From positions 30,504,001-30,568,000 of the forward strand of contig JAQFVV010000002.1 in the NCBI GenBank assembly GCA_028023455.1: 64,000 nt of DNA, written 5' to 3'. Below, piece by piece: positions 39,735 through 52,731 of the stretch. A program made the translations under genes and the position numbers. Under the pieces are notes generated by a model, which had not been told where the DNA came from, searched no databases, and was given only the letters and a program-made list of their open reading frames with translations. The first letter of the stretch is position 1. Each line of letters begins with the position of its first letter. Source of the stretch: Epiperipatus broadwayi. Its lineage: Eukaryota; Animalia; Onychophora.

Positions 39735-40285
39735 ATTAACTGTGATAAAACACAGTTGCTGAAACTTTAAACATAAAATTACAAATATAAAGCTGAGTGC
39801 TTTCTGGGGACTTAAGCCTCCATAATCATAGCCCAATACAAAATAAATATAAAATATAAATACTTATTCAAAAGCAAAATGTGTACCTCAAAAAAATGTA
39901 AACTAAATCTAAATAAATAAATAAAATAATATAAAAATAAAATACAATAAAAATAAATATTATAACGTCCATATTTTTGAAATACTAAAACAAGAATCAT
40001 TTCTATTAATAGCATTGGGGTTACCAGCTATAAAAGAAGATTCTTTAATCTTACGCTTCACGTCATTCTTCTCTGTACACACTAATTTTGCCTCTACTGG
40101 TTGACATAGGTCTCCAGCCTTATTTTCATGTTATTTTTATTTTGCTTTTGAATAAGTGTTTACATTTTATATTTATTTTGTATTGAGCTATGATTATGGA
40201 GGCTTAAGTCTCCCCGACAGCGCTCAGCTTTATATTTGTAATTTTATGTTTAAAGCTTTAGCAACTGTGTTTTATCATAGTTAGT
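39735..40285. mobile_element. Inverted-repeat element with variant (A3-U8) HHR-like motifs (family 6)
   Basis: AGCT-ATGATTA-stem II-GA(A/C)A-GC(G/A)C-TC^AGCT at 40186-229(+) and 39791-833(-). Confidence 0.6.
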
Positions 40286-42420
40286 TTTTTTTTAATTTAT
40301 TGATTTTTGTTGAAGTATATATATACATTATTTTTAAAAGAATTATAAAGCGATAATGAAGTAAATCAAAAATTCTTCACAGGGAGCTAATCCAATCTTA
40401 GATATTAAATTATAATCAAACCATGGTTGCTATTAGAAGTTTAAAGAAACAGCAACATTATTTTCAGGAAAAAATTGAAAGTAATTATTAACAAGGTTTA
40501 AGAGTTTACATATCTAATAGGGTAAGAATATGTTTTGTTATCTTTTTTATGATTATAATAGTTAATTTACTGAAGAACCTATGAAAATGAGGCATTTATT
40601 TTTAGAGAACCTATATTTATTTGAAATGAACAATTATTATAGAATTGATAAAACACTTGATAGAACTTTCCAGATAAATATCTAATAGTGATTATGAATT
40701 TATTTTAAAAAAATAATGTCATTGGATAGAATGACTGGCATGCTGAAATAAAGTTGAAATCAAATAGGAATAAATAATATGTACTTTTAACAATAATGAA
40801 GGAATTTTCTAGAGTCATTGATGTTTTTATATAATAATAAAATGAACAATAATTAAGTAACTCTTACGTAAAGGATGTGTATCTTTGATGATGAGCTTCA
40901 GGATTATAATTTAAAGAAGGAATTATTTATTTCTATAAAGAATATTAAAGAAAATATGAATTACGATATTTTAATAAACTATAACCAATATATATAAGTA
41001 TATCTGAATTATAAAATTGATACGAAACGATGAACTGATAAAAGTTATTACTAATAGCAGAAAAACCAGTTATATAATATGCTTCTCATGGATAAGGAAT
41101 GTTAAAGTCTAATATTTAATATTTGAAGGAATACTTTAAAATTCATTAAATGTTCAAGATTTTAAGTGCATTAAAGTAAAGTTAAGGAATCTATAATAGA
41201 CAGTGAAGAGTGCTCAGAAATAGAAGAAAACATTATTAATTATGGATATATTTTTTTATTATTATTTTAAAATACAGTATTGTATTTACAACAATGTATT
41301 ATCAAACGGGAGGAGAGCAAAAAAACTACAAGAGAAAAGAAGTTAAAACCGCTGACTGTCGTCATGGTAACAAAGATGGAGTGTTTTGGGAAATTAGTTT
41401 TTTGCTTTTTAAAAAAGAGAAAGTAAAAAATGACAATTGAAAAAGTTTCAATCTAAAATTTTTTATTATTAATGATATATATTTATATGTTTATTAATAT
41501 TTTCAAATTAATAATTTTAATATTTTCAAATTTAAAATTAAAAGTACTGTATACTATACTTATTTATAAAATTGTTTTTGTAGATGTACCAAAGAATTGA
41601 ACGGTAATGGGTAATGTTAATAATATGATTTTATGTATTTTAATATGCATTAAGAATAATGATTTATTTATTTAAAAAGTGGTTTAAATTAAATTATTCA
41701 TTTATTGTACTGGAATATATTTCGTGGTACAGAATGAATAATAATTACAAGTCAAGAAAAAGGTATGTTGCTAAGAGAAATATTAATGTGCAAGAAATGC
41801 ATAATATTCTAAGTGAAGTATGATATAGAATGTGTGCAATATTTAATCTTGACCTTCAGTCTATTAAAAAAAGAAGTAGAATAGATACAAATGAAATTTT
41901 AATATTATATAATAATTATTATTTATTTATTTAATTCATGAAGTTAGACAGCTTAACTATTAACAAGATTTCATAAAGAAATTTATAGAGATTCCGATCT
42001 GGAGATAAATCCAGTAGTAGTTTTATCAAATCCTTCAATTATGCGACTGTAGCCATAAATCTGATAATGATCAAAGATGTAATTCATAGTTTGTATTTGT
42101 TCAAATTTACAAATATCAGTGACCGATAAATTCCATTTATGAAGCAGATGATCACAATGACCATGAATTGTCCTGAATCTATTGATGAGACTCCAGTTGC
42201 ATCTAGAAAGATCAAAAAAATCCAGTTGGTTTTAGTGTTGGATCTGAAAAAATAAATTTATTTGATATTTCATAAGAATTCCAATTTTTACACCATAATT
42301 CTTTGAATGTAGATTCTTGGAAAAAATATCCAAAATGAGAATTTTGATTTGAGTTGACTTTTAGGTGGTAAAATTATATCTCAAGTTATAATAACTACTC
42401 TTTCTTATTGCATTGCCAAA

Positions 42421-42797
42421 TGTATACCATATAATACTAAATTGACCCAGCACTTTACTACTGTTACACAATGCTTTATTTACCTCCGTTCCTTACAGTT
42501 TTGATTGCCCCAGCAATCTTCTTCAGAACTTTATATCTCCTAACCTCAACTATTACAATCAAATATATCCTAACTTCAATTGTTACAATCAAATGTTTGA
42601 TTGTAATAGTTGAGGTTAGGAGATATAAAGTTCTGAAGAAGATTGCTGGAGCAATCGAAACAGTTGAGGTTAGGAGATATAAAGTTCTGAAAAAGATTGC
42701 TGGGCAATCAAAACTATAAACTGTAAGAAAGGGTGGTAAATAAAGCATTGTGTAACAGTAGTAAAGTGCTTGGACAATTTAGTATTATATGGTATAT
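42421..42797. mobile_element. Inverted-repeat element with HHR-like motifs (family 5)
   Basis: CTGAAGA(42633-39)-A-GATTGC-TGGA-GCAATC-GAAA-CAGTT, with further copies near 42499-526(-) and 42687(+). Confidence 0.68.
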
Positions 42798-42944
42798 CTC
42801 AAGTTATTAGCAGGTTCAATCCGATTAAAAGTTTTTTTACATTTTTTTTGCGAGGTAATTTCTTTCCTAATATCTGGTGGAGGATTATGCAAATGAATAC
42901 AAATGGGTTAAGAGGTGCATTAATAGGCAGCTGAAGAAAAGTTT

Positions 42945-43815
42945 ATTATTTATAATTGAAATATCAAAATTATGCTCAGCGCTTTCGAGAGTTACACTGC
43001 TCTCACAATCATAGCTGGGTTTAGTTAAAAAGTGATGGAGTGAAAGTGCATGTCAATATATATATATATTGTTGTGAAAATTTAAATTTATGTAAAATAA
43101 CAAAAAAAAATATATAAGAGAGTCTACTTCTTGGAGAGGAGAAGGATGAATCTTTGCAATTAATAGTATGGGTGAAGATGGCTATGTAATATGCTTTCTT
43201 AATTTACCGCCTTGAGTGGTCTCTTTCAATATACTGAATTGCTGCTGAAGATGGTGTAAATGAATGCCTGGTTAATTTCTGCTGCTTAAAAAAGACAACT
43301 GCAATCCGGCTTAGTAGCTGCTTTCTTGTAAGTGTATTAGTGATGTGCCAATCATGTAGAGAAAGAACCCGAGATCCCCCAAAATAAACAGAATTACACC
43401 TAGTATGAGGGCATTTAATTTCAAAGACAGTACAAGGGGTGGTCTCAGGTTCAAGTTTAATCTTTAAGTTATTTAACAGTCTGTTGGAGGAGGGAGAGAT
43501 GTGAAAAGCGAACGATAAGTAGGTGCAAATACTTCATTGAGAGTTGTAGTGAGGTTAGGAATATATGAAAGAAGAAAGCATGGTCTGCCATCTGAGGGAA
43601 ATGGGGAGTGAATTAGAGTGAAGCTTTCTGTAAAATTGTTTTATTTTATTTTTTAGGATGGTGTGTTTGTTATTTTACTAAATTTAAATTTTCACAACAA
43701 TATATATATACTGACACACACTTTCACTCCATCACTTTATAACTGAACCCAGCTATGATTATGAGAGTAGTGTAATTCTCGAAAGCTTTCAGTATTATTT
43801 GATATTTCAATTATA
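42945..43815. mobile_element. Inverted-repeat element with variant HHR-like motifs (family 6-related)
   Basis: Arms of about 140 bp; motifs at 42974-43016(-) and 43751-93(+). Confidence 0.6.
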
Positions 43816-44229
43816 AAGGATTAACTTCTCTTCAACTGCATATTAGCGCACATCTTAACCCATTACTTGCCATGATAAACATCATATCATTACATAAAAG
43901 AACAGGAAGCAACTGCAAAGGAGTAGACTTAAGTGTACTAGTAATATTTCTCATGATGATGTTTAATTGAGTATTTAAAAGTATGAAAACTTTTTCTCCA
44001 AACTGGGGCAAAATATTCCCAAACAAAATATGCTCATGTCCAGAAAGCTGCCATTAAAACACTAGCACCACAACACCAAGTACTGCAGGCCAGCTTTCCA
44101 AAGAGATAATCCTAGAAATTAATTTAATTATATAATTGTTGTTTCTAATTTCATATAACCTAAAAATGAATATTTAGTTAATTAAAAAAAAAATTGAATT
44201 CATAATTCATGTAATCACCATCAATGTCA

Positions 44230-44400
44230 ATTATTATCAATCCACTGCAAGATGGTCTCTCCAAGTTCAATCCATCTTCTCCTATCTGTAACCTCTCTTA
44301 TCCACATCATAAAGTCTTGCACACTTTCTTATTTCATCAATCCATCTCACATGTGGTCTCATTCTGGGTCTTTTACAATCTCTTGGAATCCAGTTTAAAT
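44230..44400 (-). mobile_element. RTE-clade LINE 3' end
   Basis: Reverse-complement homolog of 25900-26060. Confidence 0.72.
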
Positions 44401-45309
44401 TCATGTAATAAATGTATATAAATAAAAGACTATACTAAATTGGATGTTAAGGCATTTTAGCCATGTAGGAGAGAAAAAAAGACATGGTTTAGTCTTTTAA
44501 AATATTTTAAGAAAACACTTTTGCTGCTTAGTTTATTTGTTTTAAGACCTATAGAGGTCCCTACCTTCGTATTTTTCAGACGCTTATTTCTAAGGTTACA
44601 GCCTTAGTAAATTATTACTTACAAACTAATAATAAAATCTTAAAAAATGAAAACAAATTTTGAAACAATGAGAAGATATGTATAAATGTAATACTCTTTC
44701 ACTAATTGCATTTTTAGATCAAAACAAATATAAACAATAACAATATTAATATATATTAAGGCTATAACCATAAGATTATGCGCCTAAAATATGACAATAG
44801 GGACCTCTACAAATCTAAATATAAGATTAACGACTTTAAAAGACAAGAGTGGCCACTCTTATTTTCGACCTACTTTATAATTATATAGGTGAATCTAAAG
44901 CATTTTGATTTGAGAGCACGAAGCTATTAACTACTTCACTGATTAAGTCCACAATTTCTATACAAGCTAACATACGCAAAATCTTTCGATTTACAACGAA
45001 TCAGTGTGAAGTTCTTATAATTAGAAATGTTTTAATACAATTTAAAGTTGTAATTAATAATTTGTAAAGCGCATACTCATTACGTTATAGTCTTAATATA
45101 TATTACTTACGTAATGAGTATGTGCTTTACAAATTATTAATTATAACAATATTATAAATTACTTATTTACTTTTTAGGATTGCATCTAGCAGTCTTTCTT
45201 TTGTTTAAAAAAAGATGTAAAAATTTTTCTGAATTATTAATTAGCACTTAAAAAATGCAAACTATTTTTTAATTAATTATATTATTCCTTAGATAATATA
45301 AACAGAGAC

Positions 45310-45695
45310 ATTTTTATAAAGCTAAAGCTTTAGTACATGTGCCTTGAGTGCTTAATTTTAGCAAGAGAGACCTCTACACATCATAACACAGGACTCTCTT
45401 ATCTCTAACCTATTTTTCTTAATTATATAGGCAAATCTAAAGCATTTTGATTTGCCTATATAATTAAGAAAAATAGGTTAGAGATAAGAGGGTCCCTCAT
45501 ATCTTTATAAAGTCGAACTAGCTTCATGCTCCCAAATCAAAATGCTTTAGATTTGCCTATATAATTAAGAAAAATAGGTTAGAGATAAGAGGGTCCCTCT
45601 TACCTTTATAAAGTTGAATCTCGTGTTATGATTTGTAGAGGTCTCTCTAAAGCACTCAAGGTGCATGTACTAAAGCTTTAGCTTTATATAAGTAT
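45310..45695. repeat. Nested palindrome / MITE-like fold-back
   Basis: Outer arms taaagctaaagctttagtacatg; inner hairpin around gcaaatctaaagcattttgatttgc; a related piece lies at 44790-44930. Confidence 0.75.
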
Positions 45696-45874
45696 TACGT
45701 GCTGACATTGCGCTTAATAAGAATTAATATTTAGACATTTTTAATAAATATAATAAAGTAGTCATTATTTATTTTATAATAAACTTGACGTAAAACTTTT
45801 TGGCAATGTTGTATTATACATATCTTAATTAAAAAGATAAATAAACAAAAATAATTAAATTATTAATTTTTATT

Positions 45875-46110
45875 AATCATTCATTAGACTCGAGATGATC
45901 CAACAATGAATAATATTTCTGTAGTATGATTTTCACTACATCACTCTCATGTCTACCCGCTTTTAATACCTCATAGAGGGATGTAATCACAACCACATGG
46001 CCAAAGACAAGTGAAAGAGATTTATGATCCCCAAAATGTACATTTTGTGCTGAACCAGCATTCATCACTCGGCCTAGACCACAATTATCAATGTTCAGTA
46101 TACATAGATA
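45875..46110 (-). mobile_element. HHR-2 element with a degenerate core at 46026-79
   Basis: Homologous to 11453-11690 and 12721-12960; palindromic stem III ATGTACAT. Confidence 0.7.
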
Positions 46111-46577
46111 GCTAATAAGTGCAGTTTAAATGATAAGGGTAATGAAAATTACACTATAGAAATATTAAATATAAATAAAGTTAGTTGCTAGAGGGGTTAT
46201 ATGACATTAGAACATCCATGAACTTTAGTTCTTGGGACTGTTCTTTCCCAATGTGTTAAATTGCACAAAACAATAAAAAAATAAAAGACAAATAATTTAT
46301 TTAAAATATTTTTATTAGAAAAAATTCAATTTTTCATCTTTTTCATCTTGCAATATTATTGAGAAGTACAAACTCGATTATTATGGTGGTTTCCTAGGAT
46401 TTATTAGTTATAATAATCAATTATTAACTATTTAGATTTTTTTCCTTTTTTATTTTTCCTTTATAGTAATACATTTTCTGTTTATAACTCAAATCCCTAG
46501 GACTATAAATAAAACTATTTTATTTTGTATTAAATGCTAATAAGTTTTAACTTTATTAATAGAAATTTTGCTATTAA

Positions 46578-46755
46578 ATTGCATTAGATCCTAAAATCTA
46601 GGTGCAGTGCTCTCAGATCCAAGGCTCCTCACTGAGGAAAGCCACAAGCTAGAAACTAGTCTGGGGATATTGAATGAGTAAGCACTAGATAGGGATTTTA
46701 TTACTCTGGCTTGCACTGAGTGGCACTACTATATGGAGAGTTTTGCCTGATTTAA
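46578..46755 (+). mobile_element. HHR-1 copy
   Basis: Intact core; ends at gagagttttgcctgatttaa. Confidence 0.85.
46617..46675 (+). ncRNA. HHR-1 hammerhead (N7=G)
   Basis: CTGAGGA 46632-38, GAAACTAGTC 46652-61, stems intact. Confidence 0.87.
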
Positions 46756-46756
46756 T

Positions 46757-47420
46757 TTAAAAACAGCTGCAATTTTAAAAAAAACAACAAACATACAGTA
46801 GTAAAGTTTAACCAAATGAGTTATACAACTTTATCTTTCTTATTGCATTGCCAAATCCATACAATATTAATATCAATAACGTTCTTTATTACTTTTACAA
46901 TGATTTTTACAACCCATTATTAACGGGCTCCAGCAATCTTCTTCAGAATTATAACAAACACAATTAACAGTTTCGACTGCTCCAGAAATCTTCTTCAGAA
47001 TTATAACAAACACAATACAAGTATGTGAATACTTGTGTTTGTTATAATTCTGAAGAAGATTGCTGGAGCAATCGTAACCGTTAATAGTGAGTTGTAAAAA
47101 AGCATTGTAAAAGTAATAAAGAATGTAAATGATATTAATATTGTATAGATTTGGCAATGCAATAAAAAAGATAAAGTTGTATAACTCATTTGGTTAAACT
47201 TGACTACTGTATGTTTGTTTTTTAAAAAATGGCAGCCATTTTTAAATTATCTAATAGCAACATTTGTATTAATACGGTTAAAACTTATTGGCATTTATTT
47301 GTATTGTGTTTGTTATAGTGTTGAAGAAAATTGCTGGAGCAATCAAAACTGTCAATAATGGATTGTAAAAAGCATTGTAAAAGAAATAAAGAATGTAAAT
47401 AATATTAATATCAAATGAGT
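46757..47420. mobile_element. Inverted-repeat element, family 5, with an extra partial copy
   Basis: Arms 46757-47000 and 47030-47245; cores at 46971-98(-), 47050-77(+) and 47321-53(+). Confidence 0.68.
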
Positions 47421-48286
47421 TATACAGAGGAATTTATCCCAAATTCAAAGCACAACTTCGTAATTAATTAAAGGTGCTCAAATTTACTTTTTGACAATGA
47501 ATAGGTGTCCATGTGATTAATGAATCTTTTCAAATTAAATTTGATTTCTGTTTAAAATAAAAAAAAAATTATTGATAATAATTGACTTGAATATAAGATA
47601 ATCTCATATAATAGTAGAAAGAATCAAATCATCATGGTGCTACTGAAAATGTTTCCCATGCGTTCATTTAGCTATGTTGTGATATTCTGGTAGCCTAGGC
47701 TTATAAAACCAGAAAACTTTTGTCAAACTGAACAATTATTGGAGATAAGCCATCAATTTTTCCAGCACATCAGAAACATTTATATTCTCTCTTCTTCATT
47801 CCATACAAATACAGAAGTTTGTGATTGTTTGATCAACCCATTTAGAGTATCCACATATTTTAAAAAAGGTTATCTTTATTAATACTGTCGATTTTGTTTC
47901 ATGGTTGCTAGGAAAAATATTCGTAGCTGTGATTTACATGTCCATTAAAGAGAGAAAAAATACAGATAGGAATATTCAGACTTTATAAAATTTGCAGGTA
48001 ATATATAATACATTTCTACATACATGAAGCTTGTGATTGCAAAGTAAATTATCCATGCCATTATGAGAATTAACTGAAAATGTTTTTAGAAGTTTTAAAA
48101 AATACTCCAGAAGAACAATCACTCAAAATGGTAACAGAGCTATAAGAGCTAATAGATTTGATTATGACTAAGAACATTTCTCCATAATTATGGATAAATT
48201 CCCATATACTTTGCACATTAAGGGAAGACAAACTGGTAGCTAAAAAATACTTTAGACCAAATAACCTATTATATAGATACAAAAAT

Positions 48287-48600
48287 ATGGTTTGACAAGC
48301 AGCCATGTATAAACTCATGCTTAAAAAATCAAATCGAGTCTTGGTAGGCTTATAAAAAACAAAAATCGTTAGAGAGATTGTTGAAAAGAGAGTGTGAAGG
48401 CATATGAACTCACAAGGACTTCATAACAGAAGAGAAGAATATAATAAATGTGGTTTGATAAGCTATCCATGTATAATTCATGCTTAAGAAATCAAACTGA
48501 GTCTTGGTAGTGGCTTATAAAAAACAAAAATCGTTATCAAGATTGTTGAAAAGAGAATGTGAGGGCATTTAAAATCAAAAGAACTTCATAAAGGAAGAAC
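48287..48600. repeat. Direct repeat, 2 x ~165 bp
   Basis: tggtttga..agc..ccatgtataa.tcatgcttaa...gattgttgaaaagaga occurs twice. Confidence 0.75.
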
Positions 48601-49489
48601 AAGATAACTCTAACTCAACATAATCTTGATAAAAAGTAACAAAAAATTTAATAATAATAAAAATTCAATACTAATGTTTTGTGGAATTCTACGTTATCAA
48701 ACATGAAAGCAAAATCTCAGAAAACTAAGAACTTTTTCATTGACAACAACGATAATTTATGTATTTCAAATGAAATAAAAGAACTATTGTTAATGTCAAA
48801 TATCCTAAGTATACAAAGAGAAAAGTTAAGAGAGAACTAAGAACTAAGGATCTAGGCATGTTGATAATCATTTCAATAAAAGATATAAGGTAATAAGTAA
48901 ATTCACTAATAAAAATCATTTTAAGTTTAACATGGGAATGATGACAACAAAAAGTCGGTAATAAATTATTTGGTGTACACAAATTAATCAACGTAAGACG
49001 CTAGCGAATGGCATAATTACTCCTATAATAAAAGTCGAACTGAGTACACAACAAATGACCAAACATTAATATTAGTTCTTTAATCATATGATTAAATTGT
49101 AATTGATAAAATTTTGAATAATGAAAAAATGAATACAAAATAAATCATTGAATCACTAATATAAATTTCCAAAGATTTTTTTTCAACATACCATAATAAA
49201 AATATATTGTACATGATTATTGAAGCTCAACATTTCTTCACATTTATTTACATCAAATTCAAGGGACATTCATTAATCTATTTATTAATAAATATATATG
49301 CATCCATTTAGAAAATTTATATAATTAAATTTAAAAAAAAATCAGACATTTGGGAACTTATTAACAACAAACTATTACATATCTGATGCTCATACTATAA
49401 AGAAATATAAGATTTTTACAACACAAACATTTTATAGAAATTATAAAATTATAAAGAGAAAGACTTTAACCTTTTCCACATATGTTTTA

Positions 49490-49905
49490 AAAGTTTATAA
49501 TAGCCAAACGATGTATTTTTTTGACTATAGAGGGAGCCCTCAAACCTCGACACAAGATAGGGACTTTATAAAGATAAGAACGGCCATCTTATCTTTAACC
49601 AAAATTCCCATTTATATAGGCCAATCTGAAACATCTTGATTTGAGATCATAACATTAATTCATTGTAAATTGCAAGATTTCACATTAATTTGTCAAAAAG
49701 AAAATAATGGATTTAAATAGGAAGTGAGTAACATCTTCATGCTCTGAAATCAAGATGCTTGAGATTGGCCTATATAAATGGGAATTTAGGTTAAAGATAA
49801 GATGGCCGTTTTTATCTTTATTAAGTCCCTATCATGTGTTGTAGTTTGAGCTCCCTCTATAGTCAAAAAAAGTACATCATTTGGCTATTATAAATGTTTA
49901 AAATG
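49490..49905. repeat. MITE-like inverted repeat related to 45310-45695
   Basis: Arms of about 165 bp at 49490-49655 and 49745-49905. Confidence 0.8.
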
Positions 49906-50169
49906 TCTGTGGAAAAAGTTAAAGCCTTTCTCTTTATAATTACATACCGCCTGCACGCTCGATAAATAATTAGAACAGAAATTATAAAAATACATGCAAA
50001 GATCACATAAAAGAATGGGCAATTTTTCTTCCATACTCATAGTGATATTTTGAATAAACTCATAATTCACGTATTAGATTTTGAAAATTTTAATAAAACA
50101 TTCATAAAGATTTAACATAGATACATGTTCACCATGTAACAAAAAAAGCCTAATTAAATTAAATATTAC

Positions 50170-50257
50170 CTGCAAGTATTCCCCATTTACAAAATAATGC
50201 TTGACTAGGAAATTCAGTAGCGCCAACAATTTGCCCTATAATGTGAACTTCTGCCAT
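50170..50257 (-). CDS. B9D2: B9 domain-containing protein 2, first coding exon
   Basis: Translates [29 protein letters not shown](G), matching the B9D2 N-terminus. Ends at a GT donor (gtaata). A tctttcag acceptor just before the ATG implies an upstream non-coding exon. Confidence 0.95.
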
Positions 50258-50745
50258 GCTGAAAGAATATATGAAATATATTAAAATAAATTTGCATAAA
50301 TATGATAAAAAATTATTGCACCAAGAAGATACAAAATAATGTGAACATGTTAAGATTTGACATTAAGCCGGACTGCCATTCTATTAACTTTTATTGTAAT
50401 TATTTAACAGTGTTTTTATATAGATGAGTAATGCTAAGGTAGATCCCTAAAATATTTTCTGATCATTGGCCTTTGTCATCGAGGTTCACTGAAAAATACA
50501 CAATTATCCAGATACCACATTTTTTTTCTACTTTACTATGCATGATAAGGACTTGAAAGTTTCAACTATTGTAGGATTTAAATCAAGCTGATAGGTGGAT
50601 ATATGCAAATTAACTGAACATTCTGGTTGAACCTATTATCTGATGTTCTTTGATTATTTACAGTTATGACAGATATCTTTAGAGTAATATAAATTATTGT
50701 TTTTGACGAAAATTTAAATGTAAACTAGGACAATGCTTTCGTCAA

Positions 50746-50817
50746 GCATTAGTGGTCGAGAGGTCAGCGACAGCTGCTTTACAAGCAATTGTCCTGGATT
50801 AGCTTCCCGGCTGATGC
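50746..50817 (+). pseudogene. tRNA-like sequence (tRNA pseudogene or SINE head)
   Basis: 72 nt; 7-bp acceptor stem GCATTAG/CTGATGC; anticodon loop TTTACAA (TAC); T-loop/B-box degenerate. Confidence 0.55.
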
Positions 50818-51489
50818 TGTGACACATGAGAACTAGCACAATGCTTACGTAGAGGAACTTAATATAAGTTGTACATATTTTTTCTTATATATAATTATTT
50901 AAAATTATTTCCCGATTTAAAGTACTCTGATTTGAAATATCTAATTGTAAACCTTATGTATCACTAGTTTTGAAAAAAATATTTAACTTTGGCCTATCAT
51001 TTTTATGCCCTGTATAGTCTGCTACAGTGGGAAAATATTTGATTCTGGAGCATTACGTTCTTGGATCAATTTCGGTTCTGGAATTTTCAGGGCTTGAATT
51101 TCTTATAAAATTCCCATCCAATAAAACCATTCGATTATTTATTTATTCATTTTCATAGGAGAAAAATAACAGAATCATAACTTTATAACTTTTTAATTAT
51201 TATTTAAAAATATATTTAAATGATAAGTATTAATTACTTAATATTCTCAAAATTTACCAAATTATTAATATGTTGTTAATTTTATTGGCAATTCAAAGAA
51301 TTGAAATCATAGCGATAATTTTGAGATTATATTTTTAATTAAATGTTTTGTTTGATAAATAATGTTCATCTGCCATGGCAATATCTAATTATTCATGTTT
51401 GGTCACGTGATACTTTCAGATATATATTCTTATTTTTCTCATTTTAGGTTCTTTGCATTTCTTCATATATTCATATATATTTGCTTACA

Positions 51490-51745
51490 ATAACCCCTTC
51501 ATGTACACTTTAATGCGAAAAACTTTTTTTAATGATTCCTTTATTTTCCTGACAGTTTTGACTGTCCTGCAGCCTTCATCAGAGTAATCTTAAATTCCTC
51601 TATAAGTTATTTTAAAACAGAGAAATTTAAGATCGCTATGATGAAGACTGCAGGTGCAGGACAGTCGAAGTTGTCAGAAAAATAAAGGAATCATTAAAAA
51701 ATTTTTTTTTGCATTAAAGTGTATATGAAGAGGTTATTGTAAAAA
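51490..51745. mobile_element. Inverted-repeat element, family 4
   Basis: CTGATGA-AGGCTGCAGGACAGTC-AAAA-CTGTC^AG on minus near 51550-82; mirrored plus copy near 51637-76 followed by AATAAA. Confidence 0.6.
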
Positions 51746-52731
51746 AAAAAAAAAAAAAAGATATTTTCAGATCTTATTTGAGCTGGGAAGTTAAATGAAC
51801 AGCCAAGATTTCATTATTCATATCTTTGTCAATGCTTAAGAACCCAAAAAAGAACAACTTTTCATTTTAACCTAAAAAGATAAGTTCAAATCCATGTCAA
51901 ATATTTAAATACCACATGAATTGATTGTTTCGATGTTGAATATTCAGTCATAGACTTTTAATATTATACCAAGTCAATATTTTATTAATATTTAGCTTGA
52001 AATTATCTATTTTAGAAACGGAGAAAAGCACAAAACTTTAATTAATTATTCCGACTAGACAGTAAATTGGCGCTACTTTGCATAGTCATTTCAAAAGTTA
52101 ATTCACAACTTTGAAAATTTATGTTGACTTACTGAAGTCAATAACACACTAAATTATCATTTTCAATGTAAGGGCCTAAATGTCAAACAAGACAATTTGC
52201 TCATAGTTTAATGGATTTATGCAGTTGTTAGCATTCCAGATGAGGTTGAACTACTTTTGTTTAATTTATATCTTTTTTATATAACATTTTCATATTTATA
52301 ACAGTTTTTTAATTTTTCTCCCCATAAAAAATGACAAAATAATAATAAAAAAAATTAATATATATGTGAATGAGTTAATTTGTCATTTTTATATAATAAA
52401 TTGAGTAAACTAAAAAATCTGTTACATAATTTTAGAAAACCAAGTATTTATTAATTCTAGCTGTTCGTGGAATGGAATGTAATTATTGGTTTCAGCAAGT
52501 TTTACTGACAGAACATTTTCCTGCTTTTCACATATTTGTGTTATGGGCAAAGAATGAGTTACACCTATATACCAGGGGTGAACATGCATGAGGTCAATGA
52601 GAGATGTATGCCATTTTTTCATACATTGTAAAGAGCTACACCATATTATTTCAGTATACAAAAATTAATTAATATATATTGTCAAATTTTATTTAATTAA
52701 TATGATATATTCTATACAAGTTTTAAATGAT

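Noticed and set aside
6900-43600. Isolated CTGANGA heptamers (e.g. near 6907, 10566, 30165, 36075, 40571, 43247)
   Set aside because: No paired stem II followed by GAAA and a cleavage triplet; expected by chance.
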